Source: Octopus sinensis
Lineage: Eukaryota
Length of the DNA stretch: 64,000 nucleotides
NCBI RefSeq assembly: GCF_006345805.1
Contig: NC_042998.1
Span: 13,144,001 to 13,208,000, forward strand
Direction of reading: 5' to 3'
A program made the position numbers and the translations under genes. This document shows positions 52,624 through 64,000 of this stretch, piece after piece. Position 1 is the first letter of the stretch. The number at the start of each line of letters is the position of its first letter. A model generated the notes under the pieces. That model was not told where the DNA came from and ran no database searches. It worked only from the letters and a program-made list of their open reading frames with translations.

Positions 52624-54308
52624 CTGAAACCTAATAAACAAACTTTAAAACATTATTTTCATAAATCTGTAAATACTCGAAAATAAGCATAAATAAATGC
52701 ACATACTCGCTCATCAGTAGGGTTTCTCTTTGAAAGCAAATGTTTTAGAAGTGAAAATCACAACATGTATATATTACAAAATACGGACATGTATTTCGAT
52801 TATAATTACTGGTGCAAAGGATCAAATATATCAGAGAAGTAGGAACCGTCTAGCTCTAATAATGAGCTAATAACATGTAAATTATAAACATTAAAAACTA
52901 GATATAAAATCTATAAGTTAGAATTACACAGTTTCATTTTAGATATTACATATTATTTATTTCTATATCATTGTCATATCATTCTTTTTCCCAGCATTAT
53001 ATAAAGCCATATTGCATAATTGTCTTCACAATTCCTTGCGACAACATTCCTTATAATAAATTTGCTGCTTCAACGTATAATGTAAATTATTGCTTCATGC
53101 ATATAAATTATGTAAATAACTACTTACCACTTCTAAATTGTGGATTTACAATATGACAAAGAAAGTGAAATCAATGATTCAAAATGTTTAGGACGCGATA
53201 TAAGTATAATCTTATCAGATGATAAACATTCATTTAGAGCAATGATGCACGATTTCCTATCTCGCACTTCAAAATATTGTAAATCCTGTAATTTATATAT
53301 AAAAAATTGGAGCTGTCTTCAGAAAAAAAGCTGTAGGTGCTATTGTTATTCATTAATTCATAGAATAGTTGGTGTAAGGTTGCATTGTACTCATGTTAAA
53401 GAACTGATTACTATTCCACTCAAAACATTGAATTCATCCGTGACATTAAAATTTTGCAATGACATATAACTACTTTCTTGAATCGTGAAGTAGTAGTACT
53501 TTATTGAAATTTCTATAATACATCCATATCAATATTTCTAAACACACATACCTGCATGAAAATAATAAAGATTCATTCAATTTATAGGGTAATAAAACAA
53601 TAGAAATTAATTAACATAAACGGGGTAATTAGCAATATGAAATATAAATTTTATGTTATTTAGTTTTATGCGGCAATAATTCAAGTGTAATTTTTCCTAT
53701 ATCGCTGTATTATTTTAGAAGCGAATTATCTTTCAAATAAATTAGGAAAAAGTAATAAAACTTTGAACGTGTAATTGTAAATCATATAACATAGAAGAAT
53801 CTAAAACATACACGAATATAAAACCATTAAATCAGTTCTGTCCCTTGTACGCAGAGGGAAATGATTTCTTATATAATGTGATTAGCAGTATTTCAGAGAA
53901 ATCTTGCAAAATGTCTTTCCGTCTCTGCCACACTTCAGGAGAAATTTCTCAAAAATGGTATCTCAATTCCATCTTTATAAATATTCAGAGAAGTCTTATT
54001 TTTTCCGGTATTATGCGATAAATTTTCCATTATACTTTACAAACTTAATCAAAGGCACTGTATAGTCAAGAGCTACAAATAAGTTCATGCACTGGTCTAG
54101 ACACAGTTTTATTGTATGTCTAATATCGCCATACAATCTTAGACTCTGAGCTCCTGTTGTAAATCAGGACAGTAGAACAAGAGCAGTTATGAGAAAGAAA
54201 AAAGAGAAGTTGGTCGCTAAAAAGGGAAGGCTGGATAAAAAGGAAAAGAAAGGAAAAAGAGAAAAGAAGAAAGAGAACTAAAGTTATGTTCACTTTGGAC
54301 GTACAACC

Positions 54309-54520
54309 TATTTCTTTACTACCCACAAGGGGCTAAACATAGATGGGACAAACAATGACAGACATAGGTATTAAGTCGATTACATCGACCCCAGTGCGTA
54401 ACAGGTACTTATTTAATCGACCCTGAAAGGATGAAAGGCAAAGTCGACCTCGGCGGGATTTGAACTCACAGCGTAACGGCAGACGAAATACCGGTAAGCA
54501 TTTCGCCCGGCGTGCTAACA
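54309..54520 (-). mobile_element. SINE family B, 5'-truncated
   Basis: Reverse complement of 43430-43632. Confidence 0.85.
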
Positions 54521-55594
54521 ACCGTCATAAAGTTAGTTGTTGCAGAATTAATGGAGAGGGATCTAAAGTCTGCAATACTGCTGCTCAAATCAGAGAGGGA
54601 GGTGCCCTTCAATATGGTAAAAGAAACTTTGTCCAAATGTTTAAATTTTCCACCAATTACTGATCTGGAATTCAACAGTATGGTAGGAATCTTACCTCTA
54701 AAAAGACATATAATGTTTCAAGTCGCATTTCTTAGATCCACTAATCCATATGACATGGATTAGTGTAGGTTATTCCACTTGATTGTATATGGCGTGGAGT
54801 TGATCATCAAACTCCGCTCGTGGAAAGCTAACTTCGTAACTTTACTTTACTTTGCCGGTATTAATATTGATGATTTGCACAGCAAAAGATGTATAGACAT
54901 GTGAAAGTGTAATTAAATGGCTCGTAACCGAGAACAATGGAATGAAAATGTGATTTATGTCATATTTACGCTTTGGAGAGAGCGCCAAATGCTCAGACAT
55001 GGTAAATTCATGTATTGAATTACTCAGCGAGGAAACGGCACAAGAGAATTCTCACAGAACGTGTGACGTGGAAGAGCTAGCTAGATCAGAGTGGTGGAAG
55101 GCAAATGGAAGCGGGAAAAGTATGAGAATGATGAGAAAGGAATTTAAAGAGAAGAAGAGATACAAGTGCATGTGCACGTGTGTAAGCTTTGGAGAGGAAA
55201 ATAATCAGTGACAGGTAAGATGTTAAACAGAAATGCCAAATGAAAAAAAAAATGAGCGAGAAATATTGTGTGTACGCTGGTAAATATGCTTTCATGGGTG
55301 AGCTTTCTTGGGCAGAGATATAGGAGAATAATGTGAAAATACATACGCACATGCATGCACACGCACACATATACATAGAGGGAGAGAGAGAGATTGACAG
55401 ATAAATAGATAAATATACGTTCGTTAATAGAATACAAGTGAAGAGAGGACAGCTGCAAAAACGCTAGAGATTATGGAAATTCATTCAAAATGGAATTTAA
55501 ATTTTCATACAGTTAGTGTTTCACTAAAGCATTTAACAGTCCTTTAGAATCTGAAAGAAACCGCTCAAAATTTAACTTAATGTAAGCAACATAC

Positions 55595-55656
55595 GTACTG
55601 AAAGGCAGAAATATAATGATCCACGTATGTTGATTCCAAATCAATGTCAGACTGAC
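55595..55656 (-). CDS. Candidate 62-nt coding exon of an unidentified host gene
   Basis: Acceptor TTTTCATTTATTACATTTAG and donor GTATGT. Open phase-1 frame (G)QSDIDLESTYVDHYISAFQY. No homology recognised. Confidence 0.25.
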
Positions 55657-55848
55657 CTAAATGTAATAAATGAAAACAAAGTTATATAGAAAGATGTCTA
55701 CCATTTATATTAAGATAGAATAATACATCCACTGAGAATGACCTTGATTAAACTTCTGGCACAATCACATTACAATAGAAGAGATGAAATTATTATGTAT
55801 ACATACATACCTGTATGTATCAAGCATCCATACTTGCTTCTATCTCCA

Positions 55849-55849
<1 letters not shown>

Positions 55850-55943
<94 letters not shown>

Positions 55944-55957
55944 ATATATATATATAT
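55850..55957. repeat. (TCTA)n(TA)n microsatellite
   Basis: Directly visible. Confidence 0.95.
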
Positions 55958-56200
55958 AAGACTGTACATCATCTTTAAAGAACTTTAATGAACTTTGGAA
56001 ATCTGTTTATGTTACTTAATTATCTACATTACTTCATGAGTATAGCCTCAACCACTAGGATGTCTAGAGAACTCACATGTATTTTAGCTGATGAGTACGG
56101 GACACGTTTATATGCTGTAATTTTTACAACTTTTAATAAAGCCTGTCCTCGTATGAAACGATTGTACTAAAAACCTATCCATTCTTGTTGCTTCTTTCTC
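55958..56200 (+). mobile_element. Second copy of the hammerhead-bearing repeat, 5'-truncated, within (TA)n
   Basis: Aligns to the reverse complement of 11479-11714. Confidence 0.75.
56082..56172 (+). ncRNA. Type I hammerhead ribozyme motif
   Basis: TTTTAG-CTGATGA(56088)-GTACGGGAC...GTCCTCGTAT-GAAAC(56155)-GATT-GTA-CTAAAA. The loop III palindrome is broken (GATT instead of GATC). Confidence 0.75.
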
Positions 56201-56309
56201 GCGTATATATATATATATATTTACATGCATGTATACCTAAGAATTTCATCTATATCATGTATAATGTGTGTATGTATGTACATTTGTATTTATATATATG
56301 CACATTTAC

Positions 56310-56382
56310 CGGAACTGTTAATCAATCATGTTGACAGAGGTAATCCGTTTGGGATTATTTGAATTATTAACGAAGTAAACAT
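56310..56382 (-). other. 73-nt exon-like block, copy 2
   Basis: AATTCAG|ATGTTTAC...GTTCCG|GTAAAT, identical to 52551-52623. Confidence 0.45.
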
Positions 56383-57134
56383 CTGAATTCTAATAAACAA
56401 ACTTTAAAACATTATTTTCATAAATCTGTAAATACTTGAAAATAAGCATAAATACGTACAGGCACTTGATCAGCAGTAGAGTTTCTCTTTGAAAGTAAAT
56501 GCTTCAGAAAGAAAAATAATAACAATATGAATATGTTACAAAATGCGGACATGTATTCGATAATATTCAGACGCGTAAATTATACAAATATTAAAAACTA
56601 GATATTAGAATATAAATCTAATATAGGACTACTCAGCATTATGTTAAATACTATATATATTTACATTTTTAATAACAGCATCATATCTTTTTTTCAAAAC
56701 AAGAGATTTTACATAATTATTTTCACACTTCTAACGACATTCTTCCTAATAATAAACATACCGCTTATAACAATATATCGGTTAATTCTTCCAAGTACAA
56801 CCACGATTATAGCGTCACACACATAAAATGTGTAAATATTTACTTATATCTTTCATAAAACACCCGTAAATTTCATTTGGTACTACCATATTTCCCTGTT
56901 AAATTATTCAATCTAAACATATTTTTTTATTCATAAACTACTATTATGCAATATGTGAATTTTAATTGATGAATTTAATTTCAATAGCTAAAGGAAGCTG
57001 GAAAACATGACTATATTAAGGGACACACCTGCGATGATACTCCTCACATTCTGGTATATATTGAGTGTTTAAAGGTGTATGTTTTGAAGAGATTTTCCCC
57101 AGACAAAAAAGTATATATATATATATATATATGT

Positions 57135-57191
<57 letters not shown>

Positions 57192-57366
57192 ACATATATA
57201 TTTGCATGTGTGGGTGTGTATATATGAATGTTATATACGTATACCTATTTCCACACATACATATACATACGCACATATAGATATAAATCTATATGAATAT
57301 TGCATCTTATATGTACATATGTATATGTCTGTGTCTGTGTGTGTAGAATTAGATACATACATATAT

Positions 57367-57425
<59 letters not shown>

Positions 57426-57483
57426 CTGTGTGTGTGTGTTTATATATATGCGTTTCGTTTATATCTATGTGTTGCGTACATGT

Positions 57484-57925
57484 ATACAGAGCGCGTTCAA
57501 TAAATTGTCTTTTAATTTACGCAAAAATTAAAACACCACTGATATCTCATTTTAAAAGATATAACTAAAATTACAGAAAAATATCTTGAAATGCTAAAGA
57601 GTAAATTTGTTCAATAAAATCGTCATTGGCTTCAATCACGATCTCCCATCAACTTCAAAATCTCCTGCTACTCTTCTGGATTGTCTCGTTGTTGAAGTTG
57701 GTAAATGCTTCTATAATTGTTGCCCTCAGTTCATCTTTGATGTTACAAGGAGTTTTGTTGGTATCTCGCTCAATTTTGCCCCACATATAATAATCAAGAG
57801 AGTTGGAGTCTGGTGAGTTAGGTGTGATGTGATCGCAGAAACTCTCTGATAACCATGACTCTGTTCTCCTGCTTGTGTGGCATGGGGTAGATTCCTGTTG
57901 CCAGACATAGGGCCTTCCAGCAGTC
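57484..57925 (-). mobile_element. 3' fragment of a DD37D (maT-like) Tc1/mariner element
   Basis: AGRPYVWQQESTPCHTSRRTESWLSESFCDHITPNSPDSNSLDYYMWGKIERDTNKTPCNIKDELRATI. Confidence 0.85.
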
Positions 57926-58090
57926 TTCCTTTTCTGTTGGACTTTCCTCTGTCTCCTGTTTCTGAAGAAGAGCCTTGCTCGAAACGTAAAGCGACCTTTC
58001 TTTCTTTCCCTGAATGTCTTGTTAATACTTTGCATGTACTACGTCCTCGGGATATTGTTTTTCTCTTGTGTTTTTTCTTCATTCTTTTCT
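57926..58090 (+). mobile_element. Short repeat with minimal HHR-like motif (best core of the family)
   Basis: GTTT-CTGAAGA-A-GAGC-CTT-GCTC-GAAACGTA-AAGC at 57958-57992. Confidence 0.7.
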
Positions 58091-58679
58091 TTTAATAATT
58101 ATATACAGGACTGGCTGCGTGGTAAATAGATTGCTTACTGCTACCAAGTTGTCGCGTTGTTTTCGTCGCGATGGAAGTCAGGACGTACACGAAAAATTGA
58201 ACATTTGAAGTACGACCACATGTAAAGCATTTGTTTTTTGGGAACTTAGTGAAGTCTGTTGCCTGTATGGTTATTATTTTTTCGAACAAGGGTCTTCACT
58301 GGGTTCCAGACATTTGTTTCCAGTGGTCGTACTCACTTTTTAGTGAGAATTGTGTGTTTTTGGGATGTGTGTCCTTCAAAAAATTTATGATCTATGTGAC
58401 TGTGTGCACTTTGTGGATTTTACCAATTGGAGTACAACCAGAATTTTACCATTTGGAGTATTTTACCATTTGGAGTACAACCAGGAATATTTTGCTGCAA
58501 GAGATTTTTAACTGTGCTACAAAGGATTACCAGAAATGAATTTTGTTGTCATTTGAACTGTCTTCCTTCGTTCCTTTTCTCTTGTCTGTCTTTCTGCTCT
58601 ATTTTGTGTTTGCATTAGAGACTTTTATTTGAACATTTTTGATTTGTCGTGAACATTTATATTTTAGTTTAATTTATTA

Positions 58680-58990
58680 ATGGCAACCACATGTAAGAAA
58701 GCCTTGGAGTGGTGAATTGTGGCCCCCAAGTAGTGGTTAAAAAACTATGATGAGAGAACGGTGTTGTTGCGGACCTATTGCAAGGTCCGCGACACCATCT
58801 GTGTATTACCTCAGAGTGAAATTGAAAAAGAGTTGGCGGCATTTGTGCCAACATATAGGTTCATCCGTAGGGGTGCAAAGTACGCAATGGTGTGCATGCT
58901 TTTCGACAACCCCACGGAGGCTCAGAAATTTGCGAGCCAACCTATAGATGGGAGGAAGATTTTGTTTCTCTCCACTTACGGTGGGCGTAA
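58680..58990 (+). mobile_element. Degenerate LINE ORF1-like N-terminus
   Basis: YDERTVLLRTY...LPQSEIEKELAAFVPTYRFIRRGAKYAMVCMLFDNPTEAQKFA...LFLSTYGGRK. Two in-frame stops upstream; truncated by (TA)n. Confidence 0.5.
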
Positions 58991-59699
58991 ATTTGCATGT
59001 ATGTGTATATATATATATATGTATATATGCATTTATCAATACACACACACACACGCGTATATAGAGAATTTAATCCGCACTCCACCGTTTTTACTTACTC
59101 ATATTCCTTTTCATCATTTTAAAATTCTTTTTTCTTTACATCGTCTATTTTGTTCTCTCATTTAAAAATCTTATCAGAGAAAGGTTTTCAATTGAACTTA
59201 TCTGAGATAAGATCAACAAGGGCAGATTCAACTGGGGGGATTGGGGTTGGCACTGAAATATCAGAGAACCCCTAAGATTTAAGACGTTCCTATTATCTTA
59301 CATTCCTGATTATCTCTGAGAAGGGAATTTGAATTATAAATACATTATTGATTTGCTAAATTATTTCCTGTCAGCTTCGTCATTATATTATTGCGAAAAA
59401 GTGGATAAAAGTTTGAGATATTTAGTTTTTGTGTGCATGCGGCTGTAGTACATGTGCACAAGAGCGTGTGTGTGTATGAATATCTAATCCTTATCTTTAT
59501 CAAGACAAAACTACGGTGTGCTTCTAACTTAACTTACTCGATCGACGTTTATTTGTTGAATTCATGAAAAGTAATATCGATAAAATCGGTATTGCTTCAA
59601 CCTTTCTTCTCAGTGAAACTGTATACATAGGTGTGTGTGTATACGTGCATACACATAGATACAAAGATGCACGCACACACATACATACATACACACACG

Positions 59700-59757
<58 letters not shown>

Positions 59758-59967
59758 CATATATATATACATATATATATGCAGATATATATACATATAC
59801 AGATACATATATATACATATATATATATATATGTATATATGCACGCAAATATACACAAGCATATATTTATATGTATGCATATATATATATACATATATGT
59901 ATATATATATATGTATACATATATATACGCGCACACAGGCATATGTATAAATTTATAAGTATGTATA

Positions 59968-60044
<77 letters not shown>

Positions 60045-60334
60045 TAATATTTATATATATATGTATATGCATCTATCTATATAACTCCCTCTCTCTCTGT
60101 ATATATATATATATATATAATTATATATATATATATATATATATCGGAATTTTTGTTATTCTGATTTACTTTCTTTATGTGTCGTTCCTAATTGTAGGAG
60201 AGAAATTTACAAGGTGAAAATTCTCATAAACAAGACAGTTTAGTATCACATTAGAGTATTTTGCTTAGACAGAATCCTTAATTATATTGAAAGAGAAGGA
60301 TAATACATTGTTATCGCCTCCACTTTTTTCTTAC

Positions 60335-60389
60335 CACAATTTCGTATATTTTTCAATCCATTTCGAGGGAGAAAAAACGTGTTACCTTT
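60335..60389 (-). CDS. Candidate 55-nt coding exon
   Basis: TTTTCAG|AAAGGT...TGTG|GTAAGA. The only open frame is KGNTFFLPRNGLKNIRNC(G). Its end phase matches the start phase of 55595-55656. Confidence 0.25.
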
Positions 60390-60548
60390 CTGAAAACTTG
60401 AGAATGGTTTCTAGTGCATGAACTACAATTTCATACGAGAAAAGAACAAAACTCATTGCTAGAGTTATAATTAAGTACAATACGGCTTATATTTCACAAC
60501 AACAGGAACAAAAGAAAGAACAAAGTATATATAAATACATGAATATAA

Positions 60549-60582
<34 letters not shown>

Positions 60583-60973
60583 TGTGTGTGTGTGTGTGTA
60601 TGTGTGTGTGTGTGTATAGTTCAAATTTACGATAATAGAAGATGAAGGCTGGTTAAAGAACAACAAGCAGATGTATTATTTTAACACTCTGGAACAATGT
60701 TGACTGATTTGTGACATGAGACTAGCATGGTTGTAGATATCTCTTTAATATCAGGGCCAAGCAACATTTAGTCATAAGCAAACTTTAATTTAGGTAAAAT
60801 ATGATTTTTTTTTTGATGTCTGAGAATCCGATAGGTGGCGCCTCTGGACAGATCTGGTTTGTTTACACCGTTTTACCAAAAGAAAGAATTTGTTTTCCAC
60901 GTTAACCTTAGTGAATTCGTCTTTTAACAAATATGTGTCAGAAATCTATGTTAACGAACCTAAAGTTTGCATA

Positions 60974-61014
<41 letters not shown>

Positions 61015-61689
61015 GCTTACATGTACATACACATATAAAAGGGCTGGTGACCTTTCAAAGATGTCAGTTTAAGAAAGTAGGATGGGAGAAATAAGAAAAT
61101 GGAGGTGGGTGGGGTCATCACTGAAAAGTAAAAATAAGAGTTCAAAGTTCAAATTTGAAAGTCCTATGAATATGTATATTCCTTTACACTTGTATAGTCA
61201 GGTCCCATATCCTATGTAGTACTACATTTTACACGAACAAACATTAGATATTAGTCCACTATTCATAAATTAGGAAAATAACGTCAGAATAGACAAAATA
61301 TAATTGAGTACTGTTTATAATTCAATCAATTCTCTACGTATATTTAAACAAACCTCATAAATGAGTTATCTTCCTATATAGTATATATAGCTGGAAGACA
61401 ATCTCTAGGATATAAATTATATAATAAAGCAGGACCTACTTAAATATATATTTCTTTAGTATCGTTCATCCCTTTATAGGAGTTACTTTTATTTTACTTG
61501 ATTGTTTGGATAAGCGAATTCCAAAGAGATCTTTTTCACAAATAACTTTTCCAAGTAGCCAATTAAGATAAATTTGCCTAATCGGAAACAATAGAAATTG
61601 TGTAATATAAATGTTTTCTCTTCATCCAGCATCATTACTCTTAAAAAAAGAGGGAATTAAAAAGGCAATGAAGCTGAGCATCGCATAAA

Positions 61690-62473
61690 GGAAAAATAAA
61701 TAAATAAATAAATAAATAAACACACGATTCCATTTTCTGCTGAGAAAAACGGCAGCCGTAACAGTTGTCATGCCTTCAGCAGCTTACATGGAAGCTGCTA
61801 AGAGGAAAGCACAATTCTAGAGTTGTTTCCATGCTTTAGGAATGGTCCCTTGTCGCAACCAATTCAATGGGAGCAATCAATGTTACTTTACACCCCAAAA
61901 AGCGCGTTAAATGAAGTCCTATGTCAAGGCCATATTGATATATTTCAAAGTTGCAAATGCAATTGTCCACACGTAATTTTTTTCTTCTGGTCAAGCTTTT
62001 AACCAGTCGTTTTACATTACAATTCTGAAACATTTGCGTGACGTGGTGAGACGAAAACGCCCGACCTTTGACAAATTGGTGAGTGGTAGTTTCGTTACGA
62101 TGATGCGCCTGCGCACGCGGCCTAGAGAGTGAGACATTTTTGGACCAAAAATAGCAAAATCCCGCTTAACCATCCTCCCTATTCAATCCATCTTGCTCCT
62201 TATGACTTTTGTTTGTCCTCTTGAAAAAAAAAGTCCTTAAAAGTAAAAAAGCTTTACAGATGTGGATGAGGTGAAGCAGCAAACGACGGAGGCGTTTTAA
62301 AGTTACAACTTCGCAAGAATTCCAAGACTACTTGAAACAATAGAAATCGTGTCTGGACAGATGCATTGTTTCAAATGAAGAATGACTTAAGGGCGATAAA
62401 ATTATAAGCATGTAAAAGTAAGTGAATAAAATAAGATTGCAAAATTCCGGGTTCTTTTGGGTAGCCCCTCGTG
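61690..62473 (+). mobile_element. Internally deleted mariner pseudogene
   Basis: N-terminal KTAAVTVVM..AY joined to VVRRKRP, HDDAPAH, HPPYS..LAPYDF and DRCIVSNEE. 3' TIR GGGTAGCCCCTCGT. Confidence 0.8.
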
Positions 62474-62479
62474 CATGTA

Positions 62480-62690
62480 TATATAAAGTTAATCCAAACA
62501 AGAATACACAGAAAAAAAGAGAAAAAAACACAGCAACGCGAGGACGTGGAACAATTAAAGTATTATTGACGCTCAGGAAAGAAGGGAAGGAGGGTTTAAC
62601 GTTTCGAGCGGAGCTCTTCGTCGGAAACAAGGAGAAGGAAAGATCCCAAGAAGGGAAGACAGACGAAAAAATATTTTTGCTGGTGGTGCT
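62480..62690 (-). mobile_element. Short repeat with minimal HHR-like motif
   Basis: Minus strand GTTT-CCGACGA-A-GAGC-TCC-GCTC-GAAACGTT-AAAC (62594-62628). Confidence 0.7.
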
Positions 62691-62760
62691 CAAGAGATCA
62701 CATATATATATATGTATTTGTTGTGCAAGATGTTTCATGTGAAGTCGTGTGTTGAAACAG

Positions 62761-63427
62761 ATATTGTTATATTTCGGAATGGTCATTTTGCCAGTTTAGC
62801 CAATAACAACACACGCACTGTATATTTGGTGTTACTTTGCTTCAGTGTTATATATTTTTTACATTAATCTTAATCTTATTTCGGCCAGAGTTCTTTCGTC
62901 ACACTCCTGTGACCGCATCAGTGGTCCTTTGTTTTCTACTTTCTTATTTGTGAATCTCCTTACTAACCGTCAGCCATTTTGTATTTCTATTGTATCATTA
63001 CAAGCATATGTAATGATAATAATAAGTGGATGTAAACACATGAACAAAATAAGAATAAACAAAAGCAGCAACAACAAAAACAAATTACATGAACGTATAT
63101 AAAGAGTAGATACAAATATTACAAGCATCCCCCCACACACACACTAAATAAACATCAACGGACATAGAGATATAAACTTGCGCAAATGAAGACGTACAAT
63201 AGAAATACAAAATGGCTGACGGTTAGTGAAGAGAGACACAAATAAGAAAGAAGAAAACAAAGGACCACTGATGCGGTCACAGGAGTGTGACGAAAGAACT
63301 CTGGCCGAAATAAGATTAAGATTAATGTAAAAAATAAATAACACTGAAGTAAAGTAACACCAAATATATAGTGCGTGTATTTTTATTGGCTAAACTGGCA
63401 AAATGACCATTCCGAAATATAACAATA
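62761..63427. repeat. Young inverted repeat (~234-bp arms, 200-bp spacer), each arm with an HHR-like motif
   Basis: 62761-62994 versus 63195-63427, visibly >85% complementary. Motif GGACCA-CTGATGC-G-GTCAC..GTGAC-GAAA-GAAC-TC-TGGCC at 63262-63306(+) and 62883-62927(-). Confidence 0.85.
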
Positions 63428-63429
63428 TA

Positions 63430-63541
<112 letters not shown>

Positions 63542-64000
63542 ATATATATATATACATATATATACATAGGTATATATAGATATAGATATAGATATAGATG
63601 TAGATAATAGATATATGTCACTGTTCGAACCGTGTCTGCACAGGGGGCAACCGGACTCCAGCCTTCGCCGTGAACGAGAACTTATCTCTCTTCGCTCCTT
63701 TGCACCATATTCGCTCAACTCAAATACACTCTTCATATGACACCAACGGATACACAGACACCTCTCACATTCAACTGCACCCTCCACCACACACCCTCAC
63801 GCACATTCCCGCACCCACGCAAGCACATAACACCTGAACACCCACAATATATATTCCCATATCCACACAAACATATGATATATGAACACATGTAATATAT
63901 ACACACATGAACATGCATAAACGCACGCAAAACGCATAGACAAAGCTAACTTTCGCCCACAAACACAGTATACACATGCACATTATTTGGTCACAGACAC

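Overview
AT-rich, repeat-saturated eukaryotic DNA, probably intronic or intergenic. The SINE and LINE families look like octopus/cephalopod repeats; this assignment is from memory of the families, not a database search. No intact long protein-coding ORF is present, and most ORFs in the track are translations of microsatellites. The window holds decayed Tc1/mariner copies, one apparently full-length but frameshifted Chapaev3-like DNA transposon with TIRs and a TAA target duplication, a Penelope-like RT remnant, CR1/L2, R4/Dong and RTE LINE fragments, at least four tRNA-SINE families, MITEs, a Helitron-like element and many SSRs. The most interesting signal is a set of hammerhead-ribozyme (HHR) motifs in at least five unrelated small repeat families. 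One family has a complete type I HHR with a palindromic stem III (11.5 kb and 56.1 kb). Others are minimal dimer-type variants. A candidate at 754-814 has its three HHR strands in reversed, pseudoknotted order. Also notable are several long inverted repeats and an identical duplicated 73-nt exon-like block inside an otherwise diverged duplication.
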